Origin: Balanoglossus misakiensis
Taxonomy: Eukaryota > Animalia > Hemichordata
NCBI GenBank assembly: GCA_040954595.2
Contig: CM082586.2
Span: 11,377,337 to 11,441,336 of the forward strand
Length of the DNA: 64,000 bases
Direction: 5' to 3'
In this document: piece by piece, positions 1 to 12,934 of the stretch
Layout of the letters: each line of letters begins with the position of its first letter
Position numbering within the stretch: position 1 is the stretch's first letter
Notes under the pieces: generated by a model
Told to the model about the DNA's origin: nothing
The model's input: the letters and a program-made list of their open reading frames with translations, nothing else
Database searches by the model: none
Made by a program: the position numbers and the translations under genes

Positions 1-540
1 AAATTTTGGGTGACCTCAGGTGACCTTTGACCTACTTTCCTATATCTCGGCATCCAGAGCAGGTACAGACTTGGCGTTTGGACGGTTGGGACTAAAATTG
101 AAAAGCCAAAATATGGGTCACCTGTGACACCTGCATATCTCATTAATTATGTGCAAAGCTAATTCCAGGCTAACCAATAAGGCTATAGGTTTGGTTTTTA
201 TTGAACATTGACCATTATAAGGTCAAAATTTCTTGCCCAAATTTTGCATGACCTCAGGTGACCTTTGACCTACTTTATCATATCTTGGCATCCAGAGCAG
301 GTACAGACTTCGCGTTTGGAGGGTTGGGACTAACATTGAAAAGCCAAAATTGGGGGTCACCTGTGACACCTGCATATCTCATTAATTATGTGCAAAGCTA
401 ATTCCAGGCTAACCAATAAGGCTATAGGTTTGGTTTTTATTGAACATTGACCATTATAAGGTCAAAATTTTATGCCCAAATTTTGCATGACCTCAGGTGA
501 CCTTTGACCTACTTTTCCATATCTTGGCATCCAGAGCAGA
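1..540. repeat. ~239-bp tandem repeat (>2 copies, runs off window start); same family as the internal tandem array of the Helentron-type element at 47.1-48.1 kb
   Basis: Unit aaatttt..tgacctcaggtgacctttgacctact..catccagagcaggtacag recurs at about 1, 239 and 478; closely similar units at 47330-48100 and 49220-49300. Confidence 0.85.
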
Positions 541-3032
541 TATGCTTATTGCTATGTTGCTATGTTTTATGTCCTCAAATGGGACCACAGTGTCCTTGAC
601 GCTATTTTTACTTCATCCTATAGAATCTACCGACCTGGTCGCTGTCAATAACAATTCAACTCCTTAAACATCCTGTGTGTGTGAAGTCTATGAACACTGG
701 CCATGCATTTCAATTCAAGGACAAAATGAATGCGCAATATTTCGTTTTATCGAGAGTAATGTGCAGTGATTAAATTTGCTAGGGCTCTCTTAGCAGATTT
801 GGAGATAGTCATTTTGGTAGAAACTTTTCGAGATGGGAAATCTTTAGTCATCTAACCAAGTTATTTGTATTTTTGTTATATAAGACAGAGTCATTTCTAT
901 ATCATAGATGCAAAATTAATTTATAACATGAATTTGAATAAATATTTTTTTTTAAATATCACCACATGAATTTGAATAAAATATTTTTTTTAAATATCAC
1001 CAGATTGAAATATTTGGAAGTTTGCACTTAGAGGGATGGCATGGCAGTTTTCCACTGTTCATATTACAAAGAATTTGGCGTCACGTGTAGATTTCATGAG
1101 TGTTCGAGTTTTGCTCTTCCCAGCCTCGTACCCACAATCCTCTGATACTTACACTTACGTCAGTTCTATAGCCGCTGACCCACTAGATTCTCCTTATGAA
1201 TTGCCCAAATTATTTTTTGGTGTAGTTTTGATAGTTGGTGCACGGAAACTTTTGATCGATTCACGAAATTCAAAATATGTTACATCACAAACCTCATAAA
1301 ATGGAGGCTAGAGTAGCCTGTTTGTTTTCAGGTAATTTTACAATTACCTCAATTACCTTTTTTCGAGGGAGGGGGTTAAGAAAACATACAGATTGAAATA
1401 ACAAGGAAGTGGTATATCAAACCGAAACCTTATCTCAATCGTGATTCTAGCGTGTTTCCATGTCATGTGACATCCACAAAAATGTGGTATTATCTTGAAA
1501 AGAGTCCCGATTTCCCAAACTGGTTTTGCAAATGTACTTCACTTTGGAGCAATGCATGAGTACATTCGTAGAAAGATATTGCTCCACTATTTACTGACAC
1601 TCCTCTTTTACTGCAAATATTACTGCATTCTGTCAGGGCAAGACAAAAGACACAGCAGAACTGCCAGTATTAAAACAGACAACTGGCAATTTCAATAAAA
1701 CATGTAATAACAAATATATGTAACATTGAATGAGGTGTCCATACAGCTTGGTCATTTAAAGACCTCCAGTCATTGTGACAATGCATAAATATTTATGTAC
1801 ACCATGTTAAAAATTAGTTCAGGCATACCTTATACATGTATGTTTTTGACGGACCATATCCTCAGCACGCCCTTTTTTTTTCAAAAAGACTATCATTATT
1901 CTCTGCCAGGCAGAGAGTTGCCGCTTTCTTGTTAACAATAATATACTATTATAACATTGCATAGATTCCTGTTTGTTTCTGTCCATATCTCACAAACTGT
2001 GGTGTGTATACTGTTGAAATGACCTCAAGAAGAAAATGCCAAATGGAAAAATATTTGACATACTAACCTGTATGATAATGTTATACGGTACATTATATTT
2101 AACGGTTCCAATCCAATGTTGAGAACTAAGAAAACAATTTGAGCAGAATTCATTTAAAATTAATTGCAGTTCCGTTTCACCGCATTTCATAGGATGCTGG
2201 CTAAAATTCATAGTATGGTGGATTACCTGTTATGCATTTCTTTCCCTATTTCGTCTGGCAGATTTGAGTTTGACAAGCTGTCATTTTCCTTTCAGCTCCG
2301 CAAAATTGATGGATTTACTTTGACAGCACACAGACTGTCCATTTGTCATCGGAGATACAAGCAGCATCAGGTGCTGAACAGCTTGCAGCAGTGTTGGAAA
2401 AGAGTACACCACACTAACTTGCAAGAGTGCTTTGGCCCTTCCTTCACACTGTCCGAAACTTGTTGTGTTACATCATTGCTTAATGAATAAGAAATACACA
2501 GGTATTTAGCGTTCCATTCAATACCTACAATAGATAAAAGGGTGTCGGTCTGTATGCGACAATCTTCAATGTTCTTATGAGCACAAGGCTTTATTCAGGG
2601 AACGTTTTACAGTAAGAATTATATGATATAAACTGAATAAGTTTGTTGTCTGTCAACTCTTCTGTCTTTGTCTTACCGATACGGTTCTAACCGCGAACAC
2701 TGAGGCTTCTCTGCTCGTAAACAGTATAAATCAATGGATGATAAAATGCGCCCTCTTTTGGTGAACTCTTCCTACCGCCCGACCTTCTACCTTACATTAA
2801 GGCATGTAGGGCGGTCAGGTAGATGGCAGTGTATTGCAAGCGTCTCTTGCATATTTTTTTCCGCCAGGAATGGCATACATTCGTTTTTGGCGACACCACA
2901 ACTGCTGGAACTTCTCGAAAAATTGAGAGCCGGATTTCATAAATGCTCATGTTTTCCGAAGGGCTGAAAGAAGATCCAGAGTGGAATATTTAAATTTGCC
3001 TGTGGCAGACATCATAGTGGCTGCCAGTTATT

Positions 3033-3222
3033 CTATTTCTTGTGCAAGAGATAGTATCTTGTTCCAGCGAGATGATTTCTCGTGTGCACGAGAAACATGC
3101 TATCTCGTGCATATCTCGTGCGCACGAGAAAATTGCGAGCGCACTCGTGTTCACGAGAAAATATCACATGCACACGTCAGTCGTGCGCACGAGATAAAAA
3201 AATGTGCCCTGTAGTCTTTCTT
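3033..3222. repeat. Cluster of palindromic CTCGTGCGCACGAG-type motifs; probable MITE / non-autonomous DNA transposon remnant
   Basis: ctcgtgtgcacgag, ctcgtgcgcacgag, ctcgtgttcacgag and tcgtgcgcacga within ~150 bp. Confidence 0.55.
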
Positions 3223-4214
3223 AGGACATGGTAGCGTGACGTCGCATTGTAATTAACGGACGATCTTGGAAATTCGGCTATTAATGGTGAATGGACTTTC
3301 GCCTCCTTCGAACAACAACAGAGACTGACGTCGCAACAATGACGGAAAAAGTGAAGCAAATGGCCGACAAAACGAAGAGAATCGGAAAACGGGCAGGATC
3401 CTCGGCACAGACATCTGAGAATAATACCACCACATCAAATAGAACGACGAGTAGTGCAGGACAAACCGCCACCAGTGACTATGACAACAAGTCTGAAGGC
3501 GATGCTGGCGAACCCTTGCACAATACAACTACAGTCCTACAGAGAAATGCAGCCCAGCGCCACTCAAGATTTTCCATTCCTGGTCTGGCAACAGCCAAAA
3601 TATGTTGTTGTTTTTTCTCTTAGAAGCGACCTCAGTCTGAGCTGCATGAGAATAAACTGTAGGTTGGGAATACTTGGAATTTAGCGAGCTCAACAAAAAA
3701 ACACGCAGTCGCTGCGGTCAACACGTAGCTATTAGTTTCGGTTTTATGTTCGCTACAGCTCGGAAACCAAAATGTGGTACAACTTCAAGCTACATAAACT
3801 GGAAAGCATAGTACGTGCAGAGCAGACCATGGTGACGAAAGCAGGTATTCTAGGTCGTAAGATAAAAACACGGCGCTAGAAAAACAGTCATCAAAAGTTG
3901 CACGTGTTCCCCGGCCACAGAAAGTCCAGTCGATAAACGTTTACGCTATAGAAACTCACTCTCTCAGCAAAAGTCTGACACCCTCGTCAATGACAAAACG
4001 CAAACCGAGCTGGGTATGATCAAGTCAAACATAGGGCCAATCCCCACTCTGTGTTTTATTATTTTCCACATACGATGGTTCTAAATAAAAATGTACCTAT
4101 TTGAAATGCTTACCGAGGTAAGATCATTGAAAGTTTTCAAACGTTGATGACAAATGTATAACTGATTTTTTACAAATAAATAATCGCGCACTTGCATGTT
4201 ATTTTCTCTATACC

Positions 4215-4310
4215 AGACACCGCGCGCGCGCCGTTGGCAAAAAAAAAACGCGGAAAATTATTGAGCATGCGCAGTCAATACTTCACATTGTAAACAAGAT
4301 GGCGTCGCTG
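4215..4310 (+). promoter_or_regulatory. CpG-rich promoter-like patch with NRF1-like and YY1-like motifs
   Basis: cgcgcgcgcg run, GCATGCGCAG (~4265) and CAAGATGGCG (~4295); the downstream ATG opens only 22 codons, so no gene is assigned. Confidence 0.3.
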
Positions 4311-4964
4311 CCTATGCTTCTGGACCGTTGTCGCCTGACTATGTCGGCAAAGAAGAGACGAATTTAACCATGCAACGCCATATCGGAAGATAGAATGGTC
4401 GCGAGATGAAACTGGGCTATCCAACGATTAGGCAGCCATGTTGACTGATTGGTATGTCGCCGAAGTAATTATTTGCCATTGATTTGTTTACCAGAAACGG
4501 TTTGCCTTTGAAACACATTTGGCCTCACCGAAATTGATTTCAGAGGTTTTTCCCAAAAACTAATGACGTTCGTTTTCACCTGAGTGCGAGGATGGATTGA
4601 AGGGACACAAGCTTTTGTAGCCACCAATATTTTGACACTCTTTATATCAATGTTGAGCTGGCATATTTGCTCCAATATGATGTAGTGTACCTGTTGCATT
4701 GAAATGAAGCTGTAATAATATTACAGTGCAATCTAGTCCTTTGGGTTAATAGGAAAACGAGGTCAATAAATGACAGGTTTATTTAAATACAGGATATATT
4801 TATCACAAGCACTTATGCATATGTATGAGATACTTATTTATTTTTAATTATTTTTTATTTTTTATTTATTTTGTACGTTCAGGTAATCAAATGGATTTGT
4901 ATGGAATCACATACAAATTAATTGAAGACTATCATATCACAGAAGTCGAGCCGCCAGATGTGTA

Positions 4965-5702
4965 AGGTAACCATTTAGGTTTCATGACTAAGTTTGTTTA
5001 AGAATTCATAAAGCTACCCAATGAATGAATTTCCTTAAAATTTCACAAATGTGACAGAGTTTGCAGTTGTGCAAGAAAGTGTGTATTATTCACATAAGAA
5101 TTTTTTCGTATGCATTTTTCTGATGGCAATGCATTTGACTGTAAACAAATATGGATGTCAGTTAGTAGTGCTATTTTGTCAGTGAAATGGCTTCATCATC
5201 ATCCCTCCAACCAAAGTTGAAACAGAGTTGCAAATATTGCACAGCTTGAAATCATAAAATGTTGCAAAATTGAACCAACCGTTTGGTCAACGATTATGTT
5301 CTTACAGCAATTATTAGAACCAGACAGTCTCAGGGAACAAGAGACATGGGCCTGATTTGCAAGTTGAGTTAGAACTGCCTTTGCCTGCCCACGGACGCCC
5401 CAATTTCAGCAAAAATTATTGCATTAAAATATGAGTATGGAGAACTATGCTCTGTGTTTCTTTTGTTAGCTTACATAGCTGTTGTCATTCTAGTTTTTCC
5501 TCTGTCCTGTGAGCAGAGTTTCAGTTGCGAAAACTGACAGTTCTCAAAGTACAAAAGTACACCTAAATTGCCTCGGTGATGAGCATGCAGAATTTATCTG
5601 ATGCTTCTTACTGGCAGAAGGACCCCACCAGTTGCAGATTGTGAATTCCATGGCACAAGGGAATTTACGCTTTGCGTTCAAATATAAATAATTAAATCCT
5701 GT
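4965..5702 (+). repeat. Left arm of ~740-bp inverted repeat (partner 10524-11266)
   Basis: ttccatggcacaagggaatttacgctttgcgttcaaatat (~5646) is the reverse complement of ~10541-10580; the match can be followed across the whole arm. Confidence 0.9.
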
Positions 5703-6339
5703 AAAATTATTCTATATGTTATTTATTGATGATTCAAAAGTGTTATGACTGATTGTGTTAGAGTACCTGTATTCCATATAAGCATGCTGTCAGTGCACAT
5801 CCTATTGATAACAATTTCACATTTTTAAAAATTTGCTTCTCTGAATAATTATGAATACATAAAACTTCATATGATATAAATTGTCCTGATATCGTAAACA
5901 TTAAACCCCGATGCGTGGTATAAAAGACCACCCAAATCAGTGGCGAATCTTAATGCCGTTTGACTGACAACAGACAACACCAATGATCTTGGCTCTATGA
6001 AAATCGGCCCAAACAGATCCAAGCATAAAGAATTACACCACACAACGACAGTGGTTGGCTTTATAAACACACACAACATAAAGTTATCGATGAAAAAGTA
6101 CACGAGCTTTTGAAACAACGATGATTTTGGGAGAAATCTGGTTTCAGTGCTTTTCAGAAGCATCCCTGGGAAACAATAACCACACCATTCAAACAGCTGT
6201 CAATCGCATAGAGGTGTAAAGTGTTCAATTATTTTCTATGTACATGAGATCAATTACACAGTTATTATGCATGACGACCACTCCCAAATAAACAACTGTA
6301 CAAACACACGTTAATCCGAACCCCAGTGCTTTCCGCACC

Positions 6340-7316
6340 CGGGTTTAAGGCCTAATGCTAGTGTCACAACATTGATTACCAGACCGTTTCCCTCTGTATG
6401 TATGTATGTATGTATGTATGTATGTATGTATGTATGTATGTATGTATGTATGCATGTATGCATGTGTTTGTGTGTGTGTGTACATGTGTGTATGCATGTT
6501 ACATGTATATATGGATGTATGTCTGCCCTGATCCAAAACATGAAACCACTTCGCGTATCACCTTGATATTTGGTGTGTAGATGGGATTTTGCTTAAATGA
6601 AGTTGTCATTGCAAAAATACGCAAATAACCTGTGAAATATGTGGAATTGATCAAAACTCAACAACTGGTTAGACTGCTTTACACATTTGTATGCATGTAG
6701 GTAATGTCATCATACCTGATATACTTTGAGTTTATATCGTGAATTGTCTATTTTTTATGCAATTATTTTGTCTTGTTTTACCATTTGAAAAAAAATCTTT
6801 TCCTCTTAAAGAGATTGGCTGATTTCTTTAGAATTTAGTATGACACTTCCGGTAGGTGATCTTAGTTAGTTTTGTTTAAATTGTCGCAGAATTTGTAATC
6901 TGTCATGTTTGGTCAAAATTCATTTTCTGAGAAACTCCTTAGATTGCTTTCAAATTTTGGTATGCTTGTTCCAAGAGGTAACCCAAGTAATGTTGTATAT
7001 CATTTTGGTGAAATTTACATATTGTGGTCTTGGGGCAATTTTTGCAATTTGTATTCTTTGAAACTACTAGTCAGATTGCTTTCAACTTTGGTAGGCGTGG
7101 TGATTGAAGTAGATATTATACAATTTGTTGATAGTTGGATATATGTGGTTTGAGGCAGTTTTTGTCATTGTTGAATGTTGTTTTCCCTAAAATACTTGTC
7201 TGGTTCCTTTGAAATGTTCTTACAGTAGGTCATATCTGCTTGCCAATGTCACATGATTTTTCCCATGAACACAGACATACCTAATTTTGTGTAATCCCCA
7301 GATGGGACCACAGTGT
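6340..7316 (+). mobile_element. Degenerate DINE-1/Helentron-like non-autonomous element with 5' (TATG)n microsatellite
   Basis: Microsatellite near the start, repeated internal motif (aaactactagtcagattgctttcaa.tttgg), and an end motif atgggaccacagtgt shared with 579-593; boundaries approximate. Confidence 0.35.
6396..6520. repeat. (TATG)n microsatellite decaying into (TG)n
   Basis: Directly visible; explains the MYVC/HTYI ORFs. Confidence 0.95.
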
Positions 7317-8012
7317 GTAATAACCTGACCAACAGTGACTAGTATATCCTGTGTGTTATACAGTACTTCTCACAAGGTTGAAGTACATGTAGACTGTTGA
7401 TGATTTTTTGCAATTCTTCAGAAACTTACAATACAGAGTCTAATGTGGTAACGTCCTTGGTCACATTCAGAACTACCTAGTCTATGCCCGGCAGTGTTCT
7501 GTCCGCTTTGCTTCCAAAACTAATGTCTGGCCTCACTCATGCCACTTGCCCAATAAACTAATACCCCTTGCTGGGAATTATGATGTAACTAGCGTCGCTT
7601 TGAAGCCTATCACATTACTGAACAGTGTTGATTTGGTGTAAGATTATAGTGAAGGCAGGGCTTATTACATTGAAAATGCTACCCAACCTTAATTACACGT
7701 ATGTATATCATTTGTCTAATCATTGGAAAAACAATGTACATGTACCAAAGACTAAGTAGCTATTTGAAGGTGAATCGCAAGTGGGCACTTTCATTACTTA
7801 ACCTCAAGCAGTCGGTAAGCTACCGTATACTAAGACAAACATTCCTGGTGTAATTAACATCACTGTCATTAGTAATATCTATCTCCAATCAGTATCAGTT
7901 CTGCCATTATGTTATTTTAAGTCAATTGTCAAGGTTCATGTACATATATTACAGCTTAACTGTCTTGTCAAAAACTTACGCATGTACATGTACCTAATTC
8001 TAGGCTTACCTG

Positions 8013-8287
8013 TAGGGTTAGAGATACAGTGTTTTATATTAATATGCATTAATATGAAACTAAAATTTGATGGTTAATTTAAGACCCCCCTGAGCAATGG
8101 TAACCTCGTTAAATATGTGCATATCTAATTCTAGGCTATTCAGCTGAAGTAGAAACCTGGACATGGACAACTTCGGGGTCAAAATCTTTTGACAAACATT
8201 TGTGTGATCTTGGGTAAACTTTGACCTACATTCCTATATTTTAGCATCCGGAGCAGATACAACCTTGACACTTGGAGTGATGGAACT
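8013..8287 (+). repeat. Left arm of ~275-bp inverted repeat (partner 8924-9197); degenerate copy of the ~240-bp Helentron-core family
   Basis: ccttgacacttggagtgatggaact (~8263-8287) is the reverse complement of agttccatcactccaagtgtcaagg (8924); gggttagagatacag matches ctgtatctctaaccc (9183-9197). Confidence 0.85.
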
Positions 8288-8923
8288 ATTTGATTGAGTA
8301 TTATGTCTTGCCTCATTAATTATGTACTTACCTAATGCCAGCCTAACCAATAGGGCTGGAAGTCTGGCTTTTTGGACATGATAAATTTGAGATCAACATT
8401 TTTCTACAGCAGCCAGCCTTCTCTTAAAAAGAATGGACAATATAAAGGCTTTGATGGTATACTGAACTTTTGACTCCCTCCCTGAGACTGTGTGCCAATG
8501 ACGGGATAGCCTACTCAGCGTTGGGTAGATCCTAAGAAGGCCTCAGCCAGGCATCAAATACAAAAAGCAGAAATCCAAGCTTTAATGGTGGGTTACATCG
8601 TTAACTTCCCTGCAGAGCTGATTTCTCAGACTGTGAGCCAATGACGGGTAAAGCCCCTAGGTAGGGGCCACCTAAGACAGGCTGGTCATGCTTTAATCAC
8701 AAAGAAGGGCAAGTTCAGTCTTACCACAACTTTGTCTGCTGTATATGCTTCATAAAGATTGCAGAGTATTTTGAGAATACATTGTGTTAAGGCAGTGTGA
8801 CCAGCTAAAAAGTACTGGCAAACACAGCCAATGTGTAATGAAAAACATCTAATTTGGCTGAATAAAAGACATAAAACACAGCAAAAGCACTGTGACTAGC
8901 TGAGACATAATACTCCATTATGC

Positions 8924-9197
8924 AGTTCCATCACTCCAAGTGTCAAGGATGTATCTGTGCCGGATGCCAAGATATAGGAATGTAGGTCAAAGTTTACCCA
9001 AGATCACCCAACATTTTGTCATAAGATTTTGACCCCAAAGTTGTCCATGTCCAGGTTTCTACCGCAACTGGATAGCCTAGAATTAGATATGTACATATTT
9101 AATGAGGTTACCATGGATCAAGGCAGTCCTAAGTAAACCATCAAATTTTTAGTTTCATGTTAATTCATGTAAATATAAAACGCTGTATCTCTAACCC
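8924..9197 (-). repeat. Right arm of ~275-bp inverted repeat
   Basis: Reverse complement of 8013-8287 with scattered mismatches. Confidence 0.85.
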
Positions 9198-10523
9198 ACT
9201 GGTATGCCATTCTGTGTTTCATGCTACCCAATATGGGTAAGTAGGTAAAAAGTCACCCTAGGCCATTTGAAATTTTCCTGAAAAAATCTCGTCTCTTACA
9301 TATGTACATTTGGTAAAAGGGAAATTTTAATCACGGAGTAGAACATATTCATAAAAAATATTTGAGGGAAAGAAGGAAGTTTTTCATAGCTTTGGTGCTT
9401 CAAATAGTAGAGAGGTTCCCTTGTTATCCTTAGACTCAAACTCAGAGTTTCCAATCTTTCAGTATTTTCATGATATTACTTTCCATCTTAGATTTGTTCA
9501 TCTAAACAAACTGACTGATAGGTATACATGAACATTTTATTGACTAATGAATGTGCCTGTATGTTGCCATTTAAAAAAGTCAGATATTAAACGAGCGCCA
9601 CACCTGTTTTAATCAGCCTCCATATGGAGGGTACACATCGCAGAGAGATGACAAACCCCATGCAAATTCAAGTAATATGGCTCAATGTTGCTGATTTTAA
9701 AGGATAGGTGGATGATTTGAAAAATGTTATTGTGGAAAAAGATGTGTAAAATTTGGCAGCTTGTGAGGCTTTAATTGTAAAATCTTTGAAATGTGTTTTA
9801 CTCTTTAGGTCCAATTTCGTATATGTCAATATACCATTGGGACCAATGTGAAATTGTTCTAAACTCAGAAACTCAAGAAGGTACTGGTCAGATTGCTTTA
9901 GAAATTGGTGTGTATTTATGTTATTGAGACTTTATACAGATTTTGTTTTTCATTTTTGAAGTATATTTTTGGGGTGATTTTGGTCGTCATATACTCAGAA
10001 ACCTCTACCCACATTTTTTTTAAAATTTGGTTTGCATGTTCTTAGGTGTGATTTTATGACAATTTAACAAACCCAGTGATGGAAGTGACAATATTGTTTT
10101 TTTTTTTTTTGGCAATTTCTGCCATTTTTGTCTGATTGCTTTGCAATTTAGTTTGCAGTTTCTAGGGAATTCTTACTGTGGTGCACAAAATTCACAAAGG
10201 TGATTTACTATCCTCATGCGCTTTGTTGAACTGGCACCCTGTTGCAAAACAGACATTACAACACTCTTTGAATTGAATTCATAGCTACCAATTTTTCGGG
10301 GGTGTAGCACCTTTTTTATGCCTAAAACTTTGATCGAGAACTTCAAATTAAATGCAACCCTCCAAATATTTGCAATATTTCAGGTAAAATGATATAATTT
10401 TAAAGCATAAATTTTGATGTATTCATAATCATTAAGAGAAACACATTTTGAAAATAGAATATTAATCACACTAGCAGTTATAATACTTTTGAATCATCAC
10501 TAAAGAACATATAGAAAAATTAA

Positions 10524-11266
10524 ACAGGTTTTAATTTTTTATATTTGAACGCAAAGCGTAAATTCCCTTGTGCCATGGAATTGACAATCTGCAACTGGTG
10601 GGGTCCTTCTGCCAGTAAAAAGCATCAGATAAATTCTGCATGCTCATCACCGAGGCAATTTAGGTGTACTTTTGTACTTTGAGAACTGTCGGTTTTCGCA
10701 ACTGAAACTCTGTTCACAGGACAGAGGAAAAACTAGAATGACAACAGCTATGTAAGCTAACAAAAGGAACACAGAGCATAGTTCTCCATACTCACATTTT
10801 AATGCAATAATTTTTGCTGAAACTGGGGCGTCCGTGGGCAGGCAAAGGCAGTTCTAACTCGACTTGCAAATAAGGCCCATGTCTCTTGTTCACTGAGATT
10901 GTCTGGTTGTAATAATAGCTGTAAGAACTTGATCATTGACCGAACTGTTGGTTCAATTTTGCAACAATTTATGATTTCAAGCTGTGCAATATTTGCAACT
11001 CAGTTTCAACTTTGGTTGGAGGGATGATGATGAAGCCATTTCACTGACAAAATAGCGCTACTGACTGATGTCAATGTTTGTTTACAGTCAAATGCATTGC
11101 CATCATAAAAATACATGTGAGAAATTTCTTATGTGTATGATACACACTTTTGTGCATGACTGCAAACTCTGTTACAGTTGTGAAATTCTATGGGTTGAAT
11201 TCATTGGGTAGAATTCATGTTTTTTGGATTCTTAAACAACCAGTCACGAAAGCTAAGTGGTTACCT
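10524..11266 (-). repeat. Right arm of ~740-bp inverted repeat
   Basis: Reverse complement of 4965-5702. Confidence 0.9.
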
Positions 11267-11687
11267 CAGAGAAACTGTGTTAAATTTGGTCATCAATTGC
11301 TTTAAATCACACAAGACATTCCCAGAGCTAAAGTTACTGCAGCAGTCAGTTTCAACTCAGCTTGCAAATTGGGATCATGTCTTGTGTTCATCGAGACTGT
11401 CTGTAGTTGAGTTGACAGTCCTATGGGGTCAATGATGAACCTACAAATGTTCTTTCCAATGAAATTGTTATAAATCTAATATTCAGGATTTGCATTCATA
11501 CCTTAAACAATATAACTGTATTGCAAATATGGCAACTCTTCTAAGTTACATTGGAACACCTTCTCGCCACTGTTTGTGCCAAAATGGTGAATAAGCTTTC
11601 ATTTTCAAGCCTTAACATAGGCACCCAAAACAAGACAACAGCATTGCAAATATGGCATTTTTTGTTCAACTCTTCTCATTTGCATTG

Positions 11688-12330
11688 TCCAAAATGGCCG
11701 CCAAACTCCTCTAACATGTAAATTTCCTATGGTCGTCTTAAAAAGCGTGTAGTATCGCATTTGAAGGGTTTTCATCAATATAGGTACCTAAAACAATTTC
11801 AACGTGGTTGACATTGCAATGTTAGACAGCTGTTCTAATTTGCATAATCTAGAATGGCCGACAAACTTCTCTAACATGTAAATTTACTATGGTTGTCTTT
11901 AATAGAGTGTAATATCGCATTTGCAGGGTTTTCATCAATATGGGTACCTAAAACAATTTCAACGTCGTTGACATGGCAATATTAGACAGCTGTTCTAATT
12001 TGCATAATCCAAAATGGCCACCAAACTCTTCTTAAATGTAAATTTCCCTGTTTTGTCTTATATGGTGCCTAAAATCGCATTTGCAGGGTTTTCATCAATA
12101 TGGGTAACTAAAACAATTTCAGCGTGGTTGACATGGCAATATTAGACAACTGTTCTAATTTTCATAATCCAAAATGGCCGACAAACTTCTCTATTATGTA
12201 AGTTTCCCTGGTTTGTCTTATATGGTGTGTAATATCGCATTTTCACGGTTTTAATTAATATGGGTACCTAAAACAATTTCAACGTGGTTGACATGGCAAT
12301 ATTAGACAACTGTTCTAATTTGCATAATTC
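11688..12330. repeat. 160-bp tandem repeat, 4 copies
   Basis: aaatggccg.caaact..tctaacatgtaaattt...cctaaaacaatttcaacgtggttgacatggcaat recurs every 160 bp. Confidence 0.9.
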
Positions 12331-12934
12331 GAACACCTGCTGGATAATTTAATTTTTGCCCTTCTTGTCCCATGATTATATGTGTAATATCTCATTTTCA
12401 ATGTGTTTACATGTATATGCAGAATCCATTTCAAACTAAGTGGGCATATTGTAGCGCCAATCTTATTTCTTAATCCGCACCACAGAACTGATGCAAGGTT
12501 TAGGACTGGAAATGTATGTGGCCACTGGCCGACACCCCGGGCGAGAGGTCTCCAATTATTTTCAGCACGTAGTGTGCTTCCCGGTTGATAACATCAATAT
12601 GTGTAAATGCCAAAAACCCGACCTATTGTAATACCAGTCAAATTTTCTTTGTCATTTACCATTTTTCTCTTGCATATGAAGGTTTTTCTTAAAGAGTACA
12701 TACCCATATACATTTGTATGGGAGCACACACCCCACCCCCTGCCAACAATAATTGGACAACTTTATTCTTCTTATACTTCTTTTTAGTCTAAACATTCAT
12801 ATAGAGAAGGCAACATGTTCTTGAAGCTGCTGAATATGGAAATATGATGAAGTACATTTTCCTAGTTGTACATGTACAGTATGATAGGCCCAATGTACCA
12901 ATTGGAGATGTGTGCCTTACAGGCAACATACATG

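Noticed and set aside
2228-2524. Possible minus-strand exon (ttgtag|..cag|gtaatc)
   Set aside because: All three frames contain stops; no linked coding exons; a lncRNA cannot be shown from sequence
3291-3623. 110-aa Ser/Thr-rich ORF (MTEKVKQMAD..)
   Set aside because: No recognisable domain or supported splice structure; could be a decayed TE ORF1 start
6311-6580. ORFs with MYVC/HTYI repeats
   Set aside because: Microsatellite translation
4965-11266. Single large TIR transposon or Polinton bounded by the 740-bp arms
   Set aside because: No TSD, outer ends are the most diverged part, no coding remnants inside
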